Source: a virus
Reading direction: 5' to 3' (one strand)
Length of the DNA stretch: 64,000 bases
IMG/VR virus record: IMGVR_UViG_3300021963_000030
Shown: one piece after another, positions 55,910-64,000 of the stretch
Layout: every line of letters begins with the position of its first letter
Numbering within the stretch: position 1 is the stretch's first letter
Position numbers and translations under genes: made by a program
The notes under the pieces: generated by a model
The model's input: the letters and a program-made list of their open reading frames with translations, nothing else
What the model was told of the DNA's origin: nothing
The model's database searches: none

Positions 55910-56782
55910 ATGCGCAAAAAAGCTAAACATTCTAAGTTTAAGAATAGCGGAGTATTGTTTGAGTTGCTCACGCGACAGATTACCGCAGATATATTGGCAG
56001 GTCGTGACGAATCATTCACCAAGAACTTGATGTTCAAATATTTTAACGAAAGCACTGCGCTCGGAAAAGAATTTCAATTGTATAACTTCATCGTAAGTCA
56101 ATCTTCTAAGAATTCCGAGTCTGCTGATCGTATTTTGAATGTAGTATTGCAAACACGTTCAAAGTTAAATGAACGTGAATTAACTTCGCAAAAGTATAAT
56201 CTCGTTAAGGAGATCAAAGAGAAGTTTAACATCGACGAATTTCTAAAGAACAAGATTCCAAACTATAAACTTTACGCATCGATATATAAGTTGTTTGAAA
56301 ATCAAGGTGGTGATGAAGTTAAGTTTGATGTAGAAGAGATTTTGGAAGCCAGAGAGTTTGTAACAGAAAATTTGACAAAGGAAAGAAAGAACGAAGAACA
56401 AGCTTTGGATGTATATAGTTCTCAACCAGCCGAAGTGAAGTTACTCGCATATAAGTTCTTGATCGAAAACTTCAACAAAAAGTATTCGTCTTTGTTGCCT
56501 TCTCAAAAGGCTTTGTTAAAAGAATATATTACAAACGTTTCCAACACCAACAAGTTCACTGAATTTGTCAACAAGGAATATAAGAAGGTGTCTGATCTTC
56601 TTAAGGAAAGATCTATTTTGGTTAAGCATGATGTTATCAAGATCAAACTTAACGAAACGATTGCTCAGCTTTCAAACAAAACTCTCACAGGTATTGTGAA
56701 AGAGAATCAATTGACTGCTCTTTTGAGTGCGTATGAATTGATCGAAGAATTAAATAAACTTGCTGATGAAAAAGCTTCTTAA
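55910..56782 (+). CDS. Head-module hypothetical protein
   Basis: KHSKFKNSGVLFELL N-terminus; late motif at 55886; located between portal and protease. Confidence 0.8.
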   Translation: MRKKAKHSKFKNSGVLFELLTRQITADILAGRDESFTKNLMFKYFNESTALGKEFQLYNFIVSQSSKNSESADRILNVVLQTRSKLNERELTSQKYNLVKEIKEKFNIDEFLKNKIPNYKLYASIYKLFENQGGDEVKFDVEEILEAREFVTENLTKERKNEEQALDVYSSQPAEVKLLAYKFLIENFNKKYSSLLPSQKALLKEYITNVSNTNKFTEFVNKEYKKVSDLLKERSILVKHDVIKIKLNETIAQLSNKTLTGIVKENQLTALLSAYELIEELNKLADEKAS

Positions 56783-57878
56783 AGAATCAGGCGATCCGTT
56801 TAGAGATATTGTTAAAAAATATGCTCAATTGTATCGTGATAGTGAATTAGCCCGCATTGATAAATCTCAATACAATGCATGGTTGCAAGCTCATGCTGGC
56901 AAGATCTCGCCATCTGTAAAAGCAGACATCGAAAAAAAAGTAAATGCCAAGTTGAAAAAGAAAGATGAAGCATCAACCAGTAGTGCTGCTGGTGCTTACA
57001 TGACTCCATTTGCTTTTTCTCGTAGAGGACCAGGCAATGTTAGAGCAGCTACTCAACTTGGATTTAAGTTAGCAAAACCCGTAAAAAAGAGTCCAGGCTA
57101 TGCTTTGGAAAACCAAATGTATAGTGAACCAGCTTATGTAACTCCAGCACAAAACATCGAACCAGTATCAACTTACACAGATCAATTTGGATTGGTTCAA
57201 CACGGTGATCCAGAGTTGGACCCAGGCCTTGCTGGTAAGACACAAACAACTCTTCCTACTACAGAACAACGTAAATCTGTCAAAAAAATCATCGAAGGAT
57301 ATCGTGCCAACAGATTTTTGACAAAGGAAGCAGACGGCGGTCAACAACCAGCACCGGCACAACCTCAACAAGCACCACAGGCAGATCCAACTGTAAATGT
57401 TCAATCATATGACATTCAACCAGACTTTACTGCTTTTGATACCAAGTTAAAGGATGCTACTGAACAGACCAAATTAGAACTTCAAAAGAAGATTCAAGAT
57501 CAAATTTTAAACAAAAAGATCGTTGTTCGTGCTAGTAAAGGATATAAGCAACCAGAAACAGATTATACAATCAACGTGACTGGTGTTCAAATTGATTACT
57601 ATTATGATCGATATGTTATCATCATAATTGGTCGTGAAGAAAGTAAACAAAAAGCAGCCAAGTTCTTTGTAAAACCTGGTTTCAAGATCAAGATTTTGGG
57701 TCCAGCCGATGTTAAACAAAGAGACAAGTATCAAATTGCCAAATCAAAAGCATTGGTTGATCCATCACAACAAACTTCAGCTGGAGCTTCAAATGTTGTA
57801 ACTTCAAAACAACAACCAGCACCAGCTAAACCAGAGGAAACACCAGAAGCTCCAGCAGCACAACCACCACCAGCTTAA
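56766..57878 (+). CDS. Probable prohead core or internal protein
   Basis: MKKLLKES N-terminus, EASTSSAAGAYMTPFAF, Pro/Gln linkers. Confidence 0.7.
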   Translation: MKKLLKESGDPFRDIVKKYAQLYRDSELARIDKSQYNAWLQAHAGKISPSVKADIEKKVNAKLKKKDEASTSSAAGAYMTPFAFSRRGPGNVRAATQLGFKLAKPVKKSPGYALENQMYSEPAYVTPAQNIEPVSTYTDQFGLVQHGDPELDPGLAGKTQTTLPTTEQRKSVKKIIEGYRANRFLTKEADGGQQPAPAQPQQAPQADPTVNVQSYDIQPDFTAFDTKLKDATEQTKLELQKKIQDQILNKKIVVRASKGYKQPETDYTINVTGVQIDYYYDRYVIIIIGREESKQKAAKFFVKPGFKIKILGPADVKQRDKYQIAKSKALVDPSQQTSAGASNVVTSKQQPAPAKPEETPEAPAAQPPPA

Positions 57879-57879
57879 T

Positions 57880-58488
57880 ATGAAAACAGTATTAATTGAC
57901 GTATTACCATTTGAGTTCAAGAAGACCGCACTTAACGAATCGTTGAGTGATGGTAAACTTCTTGTAACTGGCACACTACAACGTGCTGAAGCTAAGAATC
58001 AAAATGGTAGAATCTATCCAAAGGAAATTCTTCAACGTGAAGCCACAAAATACATGGATAATTTTGTTAAACAACGTCGTGCTATGGGTGAATTGGATCA
58101 TCCAGAATCGTCTGTTGTTAACTTAAAAAATGTTAGTCACAACATCGTAGACATGGGTTGGGATGGTGATGATTTGGTTGGAACTGTAGAAATTTTACCA
58201 ACACCAAGTGGTAACATTTTGAAAGATCTTCTCAAGGCTGGTATTCTTTTGGGTATCAGTAGTCGTGGTTTGGGTAGTGTAAAGAAGGATATGAGAGAAG
58301 GTGCTGATGTGGTTCAAGATGATTTTGACTTGATCGCATTTGACTTTGTAAGCAATCCTTCAACACAAGGTGCGTTCATGTATCCTCAAGGAAAGATCAC
58401 CGAAAGTGTCAATCCTAATGGCAACAGAATCATCAATCCTTACTCAAATATTGAAAAAATTATTCATGATATTATATCAGAATTATAA
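57880..58488 (+). CDS. Prohead protease (gp21-like)
   Basis: NQNGRIYP, GELDHP, GISSRGLGS and DFVSNPS motifs. Confidence 0.97.
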   Translation: MKTVLIDVLPFEFKKTALNESLSDGKLLVTGTLQRAEAKNQNGRIYPKEILQREATKYMDNFVKQRRAMGELDHPESSVVNLKNVSHNIVDMGWDGDDLVGTVEILPTPSGNILKDLLKAGILLGISSRGLGSVKKDMREGADVVQDDFDLIAFDFVSNPSTQGAFMYPQGKITESVNPNGNRIINPYSNIEKIIHDIISEL

Positions 58489-58509
58489 TTTGAACCCTAT
58501 TTATAGCAT

Positions 58510-59025
58510 ATGATTAAGCTAAGACATTTAGTAGAAAATTCCACAGAAACCTCTTACGTTCCTCTTACCAAAGAAGAGAAAGTCAAGTTACGTGAGACAG
58601 TAAAGGCTTATAACGAATATCGTAAGAGTCTTAAAGCTGAAAGTGTTTATTCTACTGCTTCAAAAATTATGGAGGCAGTTAACTTGGCAGAACGTTATGC
58701 TATCAAGGAATGTGGTGAGTGGATGGAAGCAAAGATGGTTGAGCGTGACATGAAAGAAGTTAAGAAACTCGCTCACAAGTTGTATGAAGAAGCAAATAAG
58801 ATCAAGGGTGTAGAACACACACTTGAGATGATTTATGAAGAAATTGGTTTGAAGTTGGAACGTTATTTTGAGATTGCTGATCCAATTACTGAGACCCCAC
58901 AAGCATATCAAGTTCAAGGTCGTCCTGATTCAGTGAGTATCAACGCATTGGAAAACTCTGAACTTCCAGGTGCTCAACCAGTTACTCAACCTCATCAACA
59001 ACCACCTTACCAATCACAAAAGTAA
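58510..59025 (+). CDS. Probable internal head protein
   Basis: MIKLRHLVEN N-terminus; late motif at 58498. Confidence 0.75.
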   Translation: MIKLRHLVENSTETSYVPLTKEEKVKLRETVKAYNEYRKSLKAESVYSTASKIMEAVNLAERYAIKECGEWMEAKMVERDMKEVKKLAHKLYEEANKIKGVEHTLEMIYEEIGLKLERYFEIADPITETPQAYQVQGRPDSVSINALENSELPGAQPVTQPHQQPPYQSQK

Positions 59026-59027
59026 GG

Positions 59028-59387
59028 TTACTTGTTCTTAAATTTAGGGTCTGATGGGATTGAATCAATAAACTCAATCATCTTACTAAAAGATTCAAAC
59101 ACATAACGACGGGATGTTTCAAGAACATACCCGTCTTCGTTTTTATATACACGAACTGGCACCTTTTCGTCCATCATTTCTAGTGTAGGCACTTCAATTT
59201 CGCACACCATATCGGAGTCATTGTCGATTTTGAAGCCCATATCACCGAGTGTGTCAATTTCATTGAAGTTCCAACCATTTGGGTGGTCGATATCAATCAA
59301 CTTGAATTTTGGAGAATCGGTATCTTCTCCGCCTTTGTTTAGAAAGTTGCCCAATTTTACTTGAGCGTATAGATTCTTATAGTCCAT
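59028..59387 (-). CDS. Hypothetical acidic protein (start revised to MDYKNLY)
   Basis: Overlaps the stop of the upstream minus-strand gene. Confidence 0.7.
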   Translation of the reverse strand: MDYKNLYAQVKLGNFLNKGGEDTDSPKFKLIDIDHPNGWNFNEIDTLGDMGFKIDNDSDMVCEIEVPTLEMMDEKVPVRVYKNEDGYVLETSRRYVFESFSKMIEFIDSIPSDPKFKNK

Positions 59388-59961
59388 ATGAGTTAATTCT
59401 ATCAATGAAATCTGCTAAAACTTTGGTTTTTTCTTCACCGTCGTTATCAAAAATGCTACTCAAAACATACACAACCTTTTCTTTGTTTTCTTCTGGATCT
59501 TCACTTTGTTTAGCAGGTGATATTCCAATGAAACAAGCGTAGTTGTATAAGCCTGGGTTTTGGTTATTTACCAACTTTTTGAAAACATAGTTCTTATTTG
59601 ACTCGTTACTGGTAATGTTTGCTGAAATTTCGTTGGTGCTCTTTTTGTGAACGAAGTTTGCTTTGCCAAATCCGCCAAATCCGTTTTGTTTGTTTTGAAA
59701 TGTAAGAAGTTCTTTTTTGTCAAACTTTACACCAGAGTTTTCTCTCAACACATCATCGAGAGTTTTATCTGGAACCTCTTGCATTTTAGCAGAACTGAAC
59801 TCTGCTTCTGTCAATTCGTCCTTACGTTTGTCAACAATTGCTAATGCTGCATAATACTTTTTGAGACTTTCTTTGTCTCCTTTTGTGCAGCCAACTTTCT
59901 TGTTGTTCGACTTTTTAAACACACAATATTTGTCGTTTACTTTTTTATGATAATATGGCAT
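59377..59961 (-). CDS. Hypothetical protein (start revised to MPYYHKK at 59961)
   Basis: TATTTATA on the minus strand (plus-strand 59967-59974) 5 nt upstream of the ATG. Confidence 0.75.
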   Translation of the reverse strand: MPYYHKKVNDKYCVFKKSNNKKVGCTKGDKESLKKYYAALAIVDKRKDELTEAEFSSAKMQEVPDKTLDDVLRENSGVKFDKKELLTFQNKQNGFGGFGKANFVHKKSTNEISANITSNESNKNYVFKKLVNNQNPGLYNYACFIGISPAKQSEDPEENKEKVVYVLSSIFDNDGEEKTKVLADFIDRINSYGL

Positions 59962-60110
59962 ACAACTATAAATATCAAAAAAATTGTGATTTTCCAATTT
60001 TATATCATATTTATTATCAAATGCGTCAACGTCTTTGATGCCACTATAATTCAATCTTCTTTGGAGTTCTCCAATAACTTCACAACAACAATAGGAAAGG
60101 TAAAATTAAT

Positions 60111-61202
60111 ATGAGCGATCTATTAAAGGAAAGCATCGCAGACGCAAAGGCAGTTCGTGAAACTGCAATTGCTAATGCAAAAACCTTTCTTGAGGAAAAC
60201 TTCGCAAAGAGCATGAAAGAAATGTTCGCAGAGAAGCTCAAGGAAGAGTCAGAAGAAGCAGGTGAGGAAAAGAAGGAAGAAGGAAAGATCGAAGAGAAGC
60301 TTTCTTCTTCAGGCATTGGTAAGGACGATGGTAACTTCGTATCAGACCAAAAGCCAGTCCAACCTTCTACATCTGCCAAGAAGAACACAACTCCAGCCGG
60401 TAAGCAAGAGTTCGACGCAACTCTTGAAGAAGGCGAAGAAATCACCAGCGAAGAGTTGGATGAGATTCTTGCTGAGTTGGAACAAGAAGGTAAGAAGGAA
60501 GACGGTGAAAAGGAAGAAAAGCACGAAGTAGTTGCTGAAGAGGAAGAGGCTTCTGAAGAAGAAGTTGTTGATCTTGATGAACTACTCGCTGAGTTGGAAG
60601 TTGACGAACAAGCTCCAGCTGCTCCAGTTGCTCCAGCACCAGCTGCTGTTGACCCAACCATGGCAGCCGCAGCACCAGCTGTTCCAGCCGCACCAGTTGC
60701 TCCAGCACCTGGACAAGTTCCTTCCCCAATGGAAGAAGACACCTACGAAGAAGAAGTGACTGCTGAAGAAATGGCAGAGGCACTCGTTGCTATTAATGAA
60801 GAAAACGAAGCATTGAAGAATTCTTTGAAGGAACACCAAGATACTGTTAAGTATTTGAAGGGTGTTCTTGAAGAAACCAATCTCTTGAATGCTAAGTTGC
60901 TCTATACCAACAAGATCTTCAAGGGTAAGAATTTGACCGAAGACCAAAAGTTGAAGGTCATCAACACATTTGATCTCACCAAGACATTGCGTGAAATCAA
61001 GTTGGCATATACAGTTTTGGCCGAATCATTTAATGCCGGTGGATCAGTCGCCAAGAAAAAGACAAATGCGACTGTCTCAACTATCACCGAAGGTTTGGCA
61101 AGCAAACCAGTATCCAGCACAAAGCCTGACTCTACGATTGTAGAACCTCAAGCTGATGTAATGGCTTCAAGATTCCAAAAGCTCGCAGGAATCAAGAAGT
61201 AA
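60111..61202 (+). CDS. Prohead scaffolding protein (gp22-like)
   Basis: Very acidic coiled coil, MSDLLKES start, LNAKLLYTNK, C-terminal RFQKLAGI; directly before the MCP; AGGAAAGG RBS. Confidence 0.85.
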   Translation: MSDLLKESIADAKAVRETAIANAKTFLEENFAKSMKEMFAEKLKEESEEAGEEKKEEGKIEEKLSSSGIGKDDGNFVSDQKPVQPSTSAKKNTTPAGKQEFDATLEEGEEITSEELDEILAELEQEGKKEDGEKEEKHEVVAEEEEASEEEVVDLDELLAELEVDEQAPAAPVAPAPAAVDPTMAAAAPAVPAAPVAPAPGQVPSPMEEDTYEEEVTAEEMAEALVAINEENEALKNSLKEHQDTVKYLKGVLEETNLLNAKLLYTNKIFKGKNLTEDQKLKVINTFDLTKTLREIKLAYTVLAESFNAGGSVAKKKTNATVSTITEGLASKPVSSTKPDSTIVEPQADVMASRFQKLAGIKK

Positions 61203-61245
61203 TTAGTTTGCGAGTAATTAACAAACCAAAAGATAGGAAAATATT

Positions 61246-62976
61246 ATGGACGTAAAGAGTCTACTAACAAATAATATGAATCCACAGGCAAAGCTTATGG
61301 CTGAAACCCGTGGTCTTCAAAGCAAGTGGGAAAAGACGGGTCTTCTAGAAAACACCACAGGTGTTGAGAAGGCACACATGTCAATCCTCTTGGAAAACCA
61401 AGCAAAGCAATTGTTGGACGAAGCTTCAACAACCGGCACAAGCGCAAACAGTGAACAATGGGCAGGCGTTGCTCTTCCATTGGTCCGTCGTGTATTTGCT
61501 GAGATCGCTGCTAAGGAATTCGTATCGGTTCAACCAATGAATCTCCCAAGCGGTCTTATCTTCTACTTAGACTTCAAGTATGGTTCCGGCACTCAATTGG
61601 GTCACACTGCAGGCGAAAGCTTGTTCGGTGGTAACCAAAAGAAGCTCGGTTCGACTGATGCTCCTGTGAACGGTCTCTATGGCCAAGGACGTTACGCTTA
61701 TTCTGAGCGCACCGTTTCTAGCTCAAACGCAACTGTTCTCGTAGCTACTGCAAGCTGGAACGATCTCCAATTCGATTCTGCTTTCAGTGCTTCCGTAAAC
61801 GGTTCTGGTAACGTTCCAGGTATCTACAAGATCACCTTTAACCTCGACGACAACACTGAAGCAAAGCCAGGTTCCGGTAACCTCTGGAACGTTGACTTGA
61901 ATGCAGTTCGTTCGTTCGGTGTTCAAAGTTCCGCAGGTGTAGCTCGCACTGTATTGAACACTTACGCAACCGCAGTTAACACTGGTAGCTTGGCAAACCC
62001 ATACTATCAAATTAACTTGTTCGTAAGTCAATCTGCTGGTGCTGCTGCTCCAACTACTACCCAACGTTTGAACTACACTGTTCAACCTTCGGACAACCTC
62101 CGTGGTGACTTCGAAGATGGTAAGACCGCTGGTGAAGGTTCTGGTGTTGCTAACAACGTCTATACCCAATCTATCGGAACTGACATCAAGATCCCAGAAG
62201 TCAACCTTGAGTTGAAGAGCGAACCAATCGTTGCTAAGACTCGTAAGTTGAAGGCAGTCTGGACCCCAGAACTCGCTCAAGACTTGAACGCATACCACTC
62301 TATTGATGCAGAAGCAGAACTTACTGCTCTCTTGAGTGAATATGTTTCGATGGAAATCGACCTCGAAATCCTCGACATGTTGAACGAGTCTGTAACTGGT
62401 CAAACCACTGAAGCTTGGTCCGCCCAAATCGGAACTGAATTCAGCAAGACCATCAATAACACTACCGATGTGGCTTCGTTCACACGTAATGTTAATGCTT
62501 CACCAAACAGAACCGCTTACGTAAAGAGCACTTGGTTCCAAACTCTTGGTAACAAGATCCAAAAGGTCTCTAACAAGATTCACCAATTGACTCTCCGTGG
62601 TGGTGCTAACTTCTTGGTCTGCTCCCCAGACGTTGCAACAATCTTGGAGTCTATCCCAGGTTACGTTGTAAACACTGATGGTGACCAAGCTAAGTTCGCA
62701 ATGGGTGTAAGCCGTGTTGGTAGCTTCGCAAGTCGCTTCCAAGTGTATAAGAACCCATACATGACCGATAACGCTATCCTCGTTGGTTTCCGTGGTAGCA
62801 ACTTCTTGGAGACTGGTGCTGTGTATGCCCCATACATCCCACTCATCCAAACTCCATTGGTCTATGATCCAACCAACTTCACTCCACGTAGAGGTGTAAT
62901 GACCCGCTACGCTAAGAAGGTTGTTCGTCCTGAGTTCTACGGTAAGGTCTTGATCGCTGATCTCGACACCGTATAA
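61246..62976 (+). CDS. Major capsid protein (gp23-like)
   Basis: LPLVRR..VSVQPMNLPSGLIFYLDFKY; AKTRKLKAVWTPELAQDLNAYH; YAPYIPL; GVMTRYA. Confidence 0.98.
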   Translation: MDVKSLLTNNMNPQAKLMAETRGLQSKWEKTGLLENTTGVEKAHMSILLENQAKQLLDEASTTGTSANSEQWAGVALPLVRRVFAEIAAKEFVSVQPMNLPSGLIFYLDFKYGSGTQLGHTAGESLFGGNQKKLGSTDAPVNGLYGQGRYAYSERTVSSSNATVLVATASWNDLQFDSAFSASVNGSGNVPGIYKITFNLDDNTEAKPGSGNLWNVDLNAVRSFGVQSSAGVARTVLNTYATAVNTGSLANPYYQINLFVSQSAGAAAPTTTQRLNYTVQPSDNLRGDFEDGKTAGEGSGVANNVYTQSIGTDIKIPEVNLELKSEPIVAKTRKLKAVWTPELAQDLNAYHSIDAEAELTALLSEYVSMEIDLEILDMLNESVTGQTTEAWSAQIGTEFSKTINNTTDVASFTRNVNASPNRTAYVKSTWFQTLGNKIQKVSNKIHQLTLRGGANFLVCSPDVATILESIPGYVVNTDGDQAKFAMGVSRVGSFASRFQVYKNPYMTDNAILVGFRGSNFLETGAVYAPYIPLIQTPLVYDPTNFTPRRGVMTRYAKKVVRPEFYGKVLIADLDTV

Positions 62977-63005
62977 TTTGGATCGGGTCTAAATTATTAA
63001 CAACG

Positions 63006-63037
63006 AACCCATCAGTCGAAAGGCTGGTGGGTTTTTT
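63006..63037 (+). terminator. Intrinsic terminator after the MCP gene
   Basis: AACCCATCAGTC/GGCTGGTGGGTT hairpin with a T tract. Confidence 0.9.
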
Positions 63038-63054
63038 CTTTGATATGTATAGTT

Positions 63055-63819
63055 ATGAATTTTGTTACATACATAAACTATACTGATGTTTACGACGATT
63101 CAGATTATTTGTCTTATTGTATAAGAACTAGTAAAGTATTGGTTATTAAGAATCATAGATCTATTACATCAGTAATAGATGATACTACCAGATCTGTGTC
63201 TAAATTTGGTCGTATGGTAAACATAGACGAAGATTTGAAGTCTGGTAAAACAACAGACCAATTATTTATGGAGATTAGTTTTGACCCAGAACAACAGTTT
63301 CAATATCGAACTGCTAAATCCCATCAACCGTTACATACAGACTTTAGTTATTTGCCTGTGAACAATACAATTCAATTTTTAATGTGTATGAAACAGGCTC
63401 CGATTGGTGGCGCAACTACATTTATAGACACACGTAGATTGGTAGAATTAATGAATATGGACGGTGAAACTAAAATGTATGAAGATTTGTTGACTATACC
63501 AGTTTCACATTCAAAAGGCGATTTAATCAAGACACAGCCTATATTGGAAGTAATTGAAGATGATTATAAAATAAATTGGAATTATCAACCCGCAATACGT
63601 GCTAAAAATACCGATCAGGCAAAAACATTAATTCAGTATTTCAAAGATTGGTTGGATAATCGTATTGAAAAATCTGGATTATTGACACCAGTATTGTTAG
63701 AAACAAACGATACTGTGTTTTTTCACGACTACCGTGTGTTGCATGGTAGAAATAGTTATTTTGCTAATGTCAAAGGAGATAGACGTTTGGTTAAAGGAAC
63801 GCTAGTATTTAATCAGTAA
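63055..63819 (+). CDS. TauD/clavaminate-synthase-like Fe(II)/2-oxoglutarate dioxygenase
   Basis: LHTD facial-triad motif, GGATTFID, FFHDYRVLHGR. Confidence 0.85.
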   Translation: MNFVTYINYTDVYDDSDYLSYCIRTSKVLVIKNHRSITSVIDDTTRSVSKFGRMVNIDEDLKSGKTTDQLFMEISFDPEQQFQYRTAKSHQPLHTDFSYLPVNNTIQFLMCMKQAPIGGATTFIDTRRLVELMNMDGETKMYEDLLTIPVSHSKGDLIKTQPILEVIEDDYKINWNYQPAIRAKNTDQAKTLIQYFKDWLDNRIEKSGLLTPVLLETNDTVFFHDYRVLHGRNSYFANVKGDRRLVKGTLVFNQ

Positions 63820-64000
63820 AAAATTCGTTACTATTATCGACAATAACTTCTTGTATTTGTTCTTTGAACGACGTTGTTTTTGGATAAGGTAATAGTTTGT
63901 GTATGAGAGATTTGGTCAACTTCTTATTCTCAATCTTATTACTAATGAACTTGATGTAACGGTGTTTGCCACTCTCACGTTTGCGCCAGAACGTCTTTCC
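63809..64000 (-). CDS. C-terminal fragment (partial) of a Mom-like DNA-modification protein
   Basis: KHRYIKFI..KLTKSL..LLPYPK resembles Mom-family C-termini; open to the window edge; ends in TAA. Confidence 0.45.
   Translation of the reverse strand, partial: GKTFWRKRESGKHRYIKFISNKIENKKLTKSLIHKLLPYPKTTSFKEQIQEVIVDNSNEFFTD

Noticed and set aside
60080-62850. Long antisense or alternative-frame ORFs over the scaffold and MCP genes (for example 60080-60742 and 61723-62427)
   Set aside because: Shadows caused by strong codon bias in highly expressed genes; no start signals or recognisable motifs
45740-62976. Self-splicing introns, inteins or homing endonucleases in sheath, terminase, portal or MCP
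   Set aside because: The ORFs are continuous, with no intein or LAGLIDADG/HNH/GIY-YIG motifs
1-64000. Stop-codon reassignment, as seen in some huge phages
   Set aside because: Long genes are intact in code 11, TAG and TGA end genes (for example at 20702, 37851 and 5049), and no clear suppressor tRNA is present

Overview
This window is part of a large, AT-rich, T4-like myovirus (jumbo/huge phage) genome in the standard genetic code, with almost all genes on the + strand. (1) 1-4400 is a translation-support island: 13 complete CCA-encoding tRNA genes, a tmRNA, a compact (~242 nt) RNA with the conserved core of RNase P RNA, two or three further structured RNA candidates, two paralogous tiny basic peptides that each follow a tRNA-Gly gene, and glycosyltransferase/cupin genes. 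(2) 4400-16950 holds small hypothetical genes, an ADP-ribosyltransferase-like protein, PhoH, tail-fibre-type proteins (one with a peptidase S74 chaperone, one with a C-terminal Hint domain), Hsp20 and a probable late sigma factor. (3) 16960-40440 is the baseplate/tail module, interrupted by a Pro/Thr mucin-like virion protein directly followed by a GT60-like/GT4-like/methyltransferase/GT cluster. (4) 40970-45630 encodes RuvC-like resolvase, primase and a fused SbcD-SbcC. (5) 45740-62976 encodes tail sheath, terminase, portal, prohead protease, scaffold and major capsid protein, followed by a TauD-like dioxygenase and a partial Mom-like gene. The most notable signals are the S-domain-reduced RNase P RNA beside tRNAs with a co-varying non-canonical elbow (A18/G55), and a candidate phage-encoded mucin-type O-glycosylation system. 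All protein assignments come from motif recognition by eye; no database search or folding program was run.
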